Below the pieces are notes generated by a model that ran no database searches, was not told the origin of the DNA, and saw only the letters and a list, made by a program, of their open reading frames with translations. A stretch of 63,478 nucleotides of DNA, counting the filler, from Fonticula-like sp. SCN 57-25 (Eukaryota), in NCBI GenBank assembly GCA_001724245.1. It is 3 parts of 3 records of this genome, joined end to end, with 100 filler letters (N's around TTAATTAATTAA, not from the genome) between each part and the next. Parts side by side here need not be neighbours in the genome. Positions count along the whole stretch, not along the records: positions 45,059 to 63,478 come from MEDX01000106.1; 2 more parts are not named here. One strand, given 5' to 3'. The position numbers and the translations under genes are program-made. Shown piece after piece: positions 56,560-63,478 of this stretch (the first letter of the stretch is position 1; every line of letters begins with the position of its first letter).

Positions 56560-56853
56560 GGCCGTGCGGCCGCCGTGGCGTGTAAAACCTATTTCGTGTA
56601 GCTCCCAAATACAAACAAAACAATTGCACAATCCTTTCCATTAGCAGGGCATTTTCTTTTTTGGGCAGTATGTATTGATTAGCGCACTACGGCAGGCTGT
56701 CGACAAAACGAAAAAACAATCCAAGTCGCAAGAGGGAAATAAGTGAGAACGCTATCTCGTGGACATTGCCGGTCACAAAATCAATCGTAAGTCAATAGGG
56801 CAGGAAATTAAACGAGAAACGAGGTCAAGCACAACGGAGTCCAGGCCTCAAGT

Positions 56854-57997
56854 TTAGTTGCCAAAAGTGAAGGCAAAGCCGACAGTCGAGGTCGAGAGCT
56901 TGGCATCGGTGGCGGCGCCAATGGTGAACTTGACGTCGTCGCGGAGCTGGTGGGTGTAGCCGAGGCCGACAGCGCCCTTCTCGTTGACCTTGCCGCGGAC
57001 GGTGCTGTAGGCATCGAGGCGGTACGAGGCAGCGACGGTGAGGCCGGTGGCGCCCGAGTTGGCGTACGAGGCGTTGGCACCGAGGAGCAGGTTGCGGTTC
57101 CGGGACACATCGTGCACGAAACCAGCCTCAGCGCGGACGGCATCGCCGGCCCTGAAAAGAAAAGCAGTCAGTACACAATAGAACCACAAAAATATATGAA
57201 CGCACTTGGTGACAGTGGTGGTAAAGTCAAAGTCGGCAGCGATGTAGGCGACGCCGACCGAGGTCTCCTTCACGGTGAAAGGCGAGGCGAACGAGGTGTT
57301 GATGCTGGCGCCGACAAGGAGGTTGTTCTGGACGCTGTGCGTGGGTCAGCAACACAAAGGCATACTCAAGCGGATGCGCACCTGGCGGCGACGTTGGCCG
57401 AGAGGGTCTTGCCGCGGGGATCAACAGTCGAGTTGCCGTTGAAGCTCGAGGTGGCATAGCCGGCGGTGACCGAGACGGCGGCGTTGCTGCGGCGCCGCTG
57501 TCAGCACACACATTCAAAATGAGCGCAAGGGGCGTACCGGGCGTTGCCGAACGGGATCTTGGTGTCAGTCTCGACCTTGACGCCCTTGGTGCCAATGTTC
57601 TTGTACTCGGTCTGGGCGCGGAAGGTGGCCGGGGACGAGCCCTTGGGGAGGGCGAGCGTGCCGGTGAGGGTGCAGTCTAAGCGCAAAGCAGTGAGCAAAA
57701 GAGACGACGAAAAGTATATATAGACATACCGCGGATGGTCTGCTTGGCCTTGAGGTCAGCGACGATGGTCGAGCCGGCGGTGGTGGCCTGCGAGCCGTTG
57801 ATGGTGATCTTCTACTCGCGCAAAAATGTAAACAGACTGAAGAAACAACGCAAAAAAGGGCTGGCTCGGGCACGTACCACCTTGTTGGCGGTGACGGTGT
57901 TGACCTTGACATTGACGGCACCGGTGGGGTAGTCCTCAGCGGCAACGAGGTCGTTGAAGCTCTTGTTGAAGTCGGCAAACTTGCGGAGATCGGCCAT
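56854..57997 (-). CDS. VDAC: Mitochondrial porin VDAC
   Basis: N-terminal KFADFNKSFNDL helix, beta-strand repeats, YRLD..STVRGKVNEKGAVGLGYTHQLR..KFTIG..VGFAFTF end; multiple introns. Confidence 0.82.
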
Positions 57998-59019
57998 TGT
58001 GAATAAGCTGCTCAAATATAAAAGGACAAAGGTAAGCCTCCAGCAAACAGCACGCTAAACAGAAACTGCAGCAAGTTTGACAACAATCGCCTCCTCAATC
58101 GGCCAAACAACGAAAAAAAAACAATGGCCAGGATGCCATCTTGTTTATCACACAGTTGATTGTGCACGGATAATGTAGCCGACAGACACCCAAAAACAAT
58201 CGCCTATTTCCCACCATTATCTCCTCTCCTTCTCCACCCGCGCCTTCCCTCTGCCCGCACCCGCCCGCTGCGCCCAAACAAAAACACGGCCGCGTACCAA
58301 AAAACGAACTTTTCAGTCGACGCTCGGGAAAGGGGAACGGAAAAGGTGAGGTGGCCGTTGAGAAAAAATGCCTTTTTTTCCTTTCAAAGGAGCGATGCCA
58401 TTGGTCGAAAATTGATGACAATGATCAGATGCTGGTTAGATGGCGATTAACAAGGGCCGTGTTTCACTTGTGACGTCATTGAGGAGAACGTGGGAAGACG
58501 CGCCAATGCTATGCGACGGCGCGGCGTTTCAGAAGTGGCGCGCAAATATAAAGAAGAGAAAGATGGACAAGTGATGGAGTATGTACAGAGTGAGCGGCGT
58601 AACATATATGCTCAATTGGTGCGCCTCTACTCGCGACAATAGCGGCGCAAATGATTGTCAAAAACTGCGAAACATTGCCCATATGCCCACCTATGCAAAG
58701 ACATGCATACAATAGAAAAAGGCATGCTAATGCGGTGCAACAGTGCCAAACAAATATACTTTTAACCTTCTGTATGCGCAATTGCGCAATGACATGAACA
58801 AATGTTTATGGGAACAAGAATGGGTAATACAAGACAAAACAGCTTTTCGGTTCGAGGCAAGCGCCCCGCTCGCCAAAGTGCGGCGTGCTTGACTAGGATC
58901 CAACAATGTAGCAAATAAAAGCAAACGGGATTAGGCATGAGAGTTGATAGACGCTTCCTGTCACTACTCGGCAGGCGGCGGCCTTTATGAATTCACTTGT
59001 GCTGACTCGAAAGGCGACG

Positions 59020-59761
59020 TCAAGGGTAGAGAATTGTGCGCTGAGCGTCAGCAAAGATCTGTTGGTAATATGAAATGTAATGCGTCAGTGCCTCCACGAG
59101 GTCCTCCATCTGGTGCTGCTGGCAGAACCGCATGGCGAGATGCCTCGCCGAGTCATCCTGCGGTCATCGTCAGCGGGGCGAAACGGAAAGTCTCGCGGCG
59201 TACCGGATAGACCGAAATATGCTCGAGCCGCCCCCGCTTTGTCTCCACGCTGAGAATAACAAGCGGCATGAACGGCTGCGACACTGCTATTGGCCCTGCG
59301 CATCTCGGTCAGTAACATGGCTGGCAGACAGGGGGATGCGTACCTGGTGGGGGAAGCATCATGGGGTCTTGCCGCTTGCCCGGGTGTGGCGGGTGCGAAG
59401 ACATGTGCGGGAGCGACGACGATAGCTGCTGTCTGTTGCCGCCGCCGCCTCCGCCGCCCATGCGCTCCTCTTGCAAACTCCCTTTCCGATTCTGCCCCGG
59501 TGCGCTGCCCCGCCGCCCTGACTGTGACGATGTTGATCCTTTCCGCTCCTGGTTTCCTTCCCTGCTACCTCCTCCCCGTATCCCCATTGCGTTGCTCTTC
59601 GCCGTCGACGGAGCGCTCCCCCTCCGCCCTGTCTCGGACCCGTTCATCGCGCGTCGTCTTTTTCCCCGCGCCTCGCAGTTGGCGTCCCGGTCAGGTGTGT
59701 TGTTTGTTCTGCTGATAAGGCTGTTGGCTGTTGTGGGCATGCCTGCCACAATAGTGTACAT
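59020..59761 (-). CDS. Three-exon hypothetical protein: disordered N-terminus plus small alpha/beta C-terminal domain
   Basis: Two canonical introns (about 59295-59343 and 59156-59202) give PLVILSVETKRGRLEHISVYPDDSARHLAMRFCQQHQMEDLVEALTHYI...ILYP-stop; start codon uncertain. Confidence 0.6.
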
Positions 59762-59855
59762 CCACGTGGGTGTTTGGGGTAGTGCGCCCGATCAAAGTCG
59801 TACACTGTCGCACACGCTGCCCACGCCGTTGTACCTGGTAGGGATCGTGTGACGA

Positions 59856-61432
59856 ATGGCGCCTCGCGTGGACCTCGCCGAGGACCTGGACTCGTCGGTT
59901 CCCGACACTATTGTCGGCCAGAAGAACAGCCGCCCTGGTACGACCATGCTTTTTTAGTGATCTGTCCGTATAAAGCCCGGTTTTGCTCACCCGACCCAGC
60001 TTCGCGCGCATTCACATGGGCCGAGATCCGCCGCCATAACAAGCCGGACGACTGCTACATTGTCATCCGCGGCAAGGTGTACGCCGTGCATGACTTTGCC
60101 AAGGAGCACCCCGGCGGCGACGTCATCCTCACCTATGCCGGCGAGGACGCATCGGGTGCGCAGCGCATGGAGGCAAAATGCCTGTTTTGGCTAACCATCA
60201 CCATGCAGATGTGTTTGCCGCGTTCCACCCGAACAGCACGAACGTGCTTCTCCCAGGCCACTGCATCGGCGTCGTGGCGGAGGACTCTGTCGAGCCGGCC
60301 TCTGGTACGCCATGCAGTCTCTGCATGCTTGGCTGACCCTCTGCATCAGACTTTGTGACCGAGTGCCGCCGCCTGCGCACGCTCTTCAAGGAGCAGGGCC
60401 TCATGAAGAGCAGCAAGCTCTACTACACGTTCAAGGTGCGCTGATAGAATTCTTTGGGCCTGCTTTGCTAATCTTTTCCTGCAGATTGCCTCGAACCTGT
60501 CGATCCTTGCCCTGTCGACGTACATGGCGCTCACCTTTAGCCACCCCGCCATGATCGCCCTCTCGGCCGTCCTCCTCGCCATCTTTTGGCAGCAGTGCGG
60601 CTGGCTCGCGCACGACTTCCTCCACCACCAGGTCTTTGAGAACCGCACGCTTAACAACTGGGCCGGCTTCTTTGTCGGCGACTGGTGGCAGGGCTTTAGC
60701 GTGACGTGGTGGAAGCGCAAGCACAACACGCACCACGCCGTGCCGAACGTCCACCTGACCGACCCCGACGTCGACCTCATGCCTCTTCTCGCGTGGTCCG
60801 AGCACGCGCTCGACTCTTTCATGGAGGGCGACTTTGCCGCGCTGCCCAAGACGCTCATCGACTACCAGTACCTGACGTACCCCGTGCTGCTCGCCTTTGC
60901 GCGCATGTCGTGGGCGATTCAGTCGGTCCTCACTGTGGCGACCGGCACGGACGTCCCCGACCGCGCCAAGGAGGCGTTCTTCCTCGCGCTGCACTACGCG
61001 TGCTACTTTGGCCTCATGTCGACCATGTCGGCTGGCAACGCGGCCATCTTTTTCGCCGTCAGCAACACGACCTGCGGCCTGCTGCTCGCGCTCGTCTTTT
61101 CGCTCAACCACAACGGCATGCCCATCTTTACGCACGAGGAGGCGTGCAGCATGGACTACTTTACCCGCCAGGTCGTGACCGGCCGCGACGTCGAGCCGAC
61201 AACCTTCAACTCGTGGTTTAGCGGCGGGCTTAACTACCAGATCGAGCACCACCTGTTCCCGAACGTGCCGCGCCACAACTTTCACAAGATTTCGCCGCTC
61301 GTGCGCTCGCTGTGCAAGAAGCACAACGTGTCGTACCACAGCACGTCGTTCATGGGCGGCACCATCGAGGTGTTCAAGCGCCTGATCGTCGTCGGCAAGG
61401 CGTCGCAAAAGGTGACGGCCGCGCGCAAGTGA
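59856..61432 (+). CDS. Front-end (delta-6/delta-8 type) fatty acid desaturase with cytochrome b5 fusion
   Basis: HPGG, WQQCGWLAHDFLHHQVF, WWKRKHNTHHA, GGLNYQIEHHLFP. Confidence 0.93.
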
Positions 61433-61716
61433 GCAAGTTGAATGAGCCGCATGGGCGGCCTGCATGCATCCTCAATGTCCTCATAGCTAGAGGAACTGCC
61501 AGTTCAATATATATTAGCCAATAGCACTCTATACTACACAATCGCTTTACAGTCATGTTATCAATCACAAAAGTATTATCCTTGTCTTATCAAAAGAGTC
61601 GTCCCCATTGATGAATCGCAGTCATGGTCATCAAAATTACCTTGATGGCCATCATTTGATAGACATTCTTATTATCGTTCCTATTCATTCTCAGTTCATT
61701 CTTGCCCTTGTCCATT

Positions 61717-62796
61717 TCAAAAATGCTTGATGTCGAGTGATGTGGGCAGCTCGAGCTTGAACAGCGCTTCGTCCTGTTCCGCCTCCTCCTCCTTTGCGCT
61801 CACAATCTCTGCAAACGCAGGCAGCACGCTCAGCTTTTCATAGTCACACAGCCTCAAGCTGAACTGTATGGGAAACGCGCCGTCGACGTGCGAGTCGTAC
61901 TCGACGCGGCCAAAGCAAATGTACGGGCAGCCGACCTCGCGGCAAAAGAGCAGCACGGGGCACGCGCGCGCCATCATGCGCGCAATGACGGGCGAGTCGA
62001 CGCGCTGCATCGTCTGCGCAAACCACGAAATGAAACGGCCGTCCTTGTGGAAGGTGTTGGCGTAGCTGCTGCCGTCGAGGTTGACAAAGAGAAAGATGGC
62101 GTTGCGCCACTCTTGTATCCCGCTGTACTTGTTGAAGCGCACGGAGCGCGTCCCGGCGGCAAGCGTCATCACGGCGCCTTTTACCTGGCCGCCTATCGGG
62201 GGGATCGGCTTGCCGAGGTACTCTTCGTCCAGCATCACCGCGTCCATGCCCTTGATCGAGCCGGGCGGGGCGGTGGGCGAAGGAGGCGCGAGTTCAAGCG
62301 AGCGGTTCTCCTTCCAGCTGCGCGAAAGCTCGTCGGGGGAGCTTTGGAGTGTGTCTTTTCTCCGCTTGCTGCTCGATGGCGGAGACGGCGGGGTCGATTC
62401 CCTGCCAAAGGCAACGCCGTCGTCCTCCGACGTGCTCACGTCGGATTCCTCGTCAGAGGGGAGATCGTCGCCGCTTCGTGTCCTCCGGCGCAGCACACGC
62501 GGCACAACATCGCGGTAATGAGGTGAAGGGCGCTCGAGGCGGCGTGCCGACCGGCGGGGCGGAAGGCCCTCGATACTCACCAGCTCTGCGATTGGGCCGG
62601 TGTAAGTTCAAGACCAACGTCATGCATGCGACGTACCGTCGACGACATTCTGAGGCGGCTGTAGTTTCCGCTTGTTGGGAAACAGCTCTGGCGCCTCCTT
62701 TAGTCCGAGCTGCTTCAAAAGCGCCTCATTCTGGGCAATGTTGGCCAGGCGCTCCCGCTCATAGCTCGAGAGTTGATCGCCTTCCCGCCGCGACAT
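61717..62796 (-). CDS. Protein with CDCA7/WDR76-like N-terminal helix and DUF3427/SRA-PUA-like domain
   Basis: Exon 1 LSSYERERLANIAQNEALLKQLGL; intron 62586-62636; RRSARR; SGIQEWRNAIFLFVNL..YANTF..ISWFAQ..VLLFCR..YICFGRV. Confidence 0.65.
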
Positions 62797-62888
62797 CAGG
62801 TGGATGCAAACTGCAATCTGTTTCATGGGGCATGCAAACTGCAAACTATCCCCAAACGTCATCCGACATTTCACGCACAACAGCGGCG

Positions 62889-63472
62889 ATGTGGGACAAG
62901 GTCGTGGAGCAATTTGCGTGGAACCCGCTCAACTGGGTACGTCTGGTGCTCTCTTTTGCGGGCCTTTTATATCTCTTTCGTGACTTGTGTCTTACGCGCG
63001 TTGGTATATAGGCGCTGGCCGTCTTGGTCGCCTACCTCGCAAAGACGCTTTTCACGCGGCAATCGGAGCCCGTGGAGGCAAAGCACCCCAAGGTCACCGT
63101 CCTGCGGGGGTTCACGCTGGAGGAGCTCAGAAAGTACGACGGTGAGGGCTCCGACGTGCCCATCTACATGGCCATCGACAAGAAGGTGTTTGATGTTACA
63201 AAGGGCCGCAGCTTTTACGGCAAAGGTTCGCGCTCTCTGATCCCGCAGCGGTGAACTGACTGGCAACGCTAGGTGGCTCATACGGGACGTTCGCCGGCCG
63301 GGACGCAAGCCGCGGAATGGCAAAGTACTCTTTCGACACGTCAATGCTTTCGGACAAGCCGGACAAGCTCGATGATCTCACCGAGTCAGAGTGGGACAGC
63401 ATGCGCCAGTGGTCGCAGTTTTTCGAGAACAAGTACCCAGTGGTGGGCTGGATGGAAGACGAGGCCGAATAA
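62889..63472 (+). CDS. Membrane-associated progesterone receptor family (PGRMC/Dap1) cytochrome b5-like protein
   Basis: N-terminal TM, FTLEELRKYDG..IYMAIDKKVFDVTKGRSFYG, YGTFAGRDASRGMA, KYPVVG. Confidence 0.92.
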
Positions 63473-63478
63473 AGCCCC

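Noticed and set aside
59361-59852. Cys/Pro-rich plus-strand ORF
   Set aside because: Splice signals support the minus-strand gene instead.
60431-61465. 344-aa minus-strand ORF
   Set aside because: Antisense shadow of the desaturase.

Overview
Gene-dense, GC-rich eukaryotic DNA with many short (about 40-70 nt) GT(A/G)CG...CTRAC...YAG introns, so most genes are split across several ORF-track entries. It is three contigs joined by artificial N44-TTAATTAATTAA-N44 linkers (21229-21328, 44959-45058). Fungal-type genes (Mss51, Slt2/Mpk1-like MAPK) sit beside animal-type genes (ARHGAP39, fucokinase, AP-5 mu, FoxJ-like, Max-like bHLH-ZIP), suggesting a unicellular opisthokont near the animal/fungal split such as a nucleariid (inference). 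About 30 protein genes are recognisable. Best leads: (1) a protein joining a CDCA7/WDR76-type putative HELLS-binding helix to a bacterial-like DUF3427/SRA-PUA-type domain; (2) a ~9 kb domain of expanded introns with purine-rich starts, pyrimidine-rich ends, internal perfect palindromes and dense CACGTG sites, often between branch point and AG; (3) a Crinkler-type REase+kinase gene next to telomere-variant repeats; (4) a degenerate ARHGAP39 catalytic site; (5) an intron-containing bacterial-type aldehyde dehydrogenase; (6) an RGS-SH3-helical-RasGEF fusion. All family calls are motif recognition by eye, not database searches; multi-exon coordinates give the outer start-stop span.
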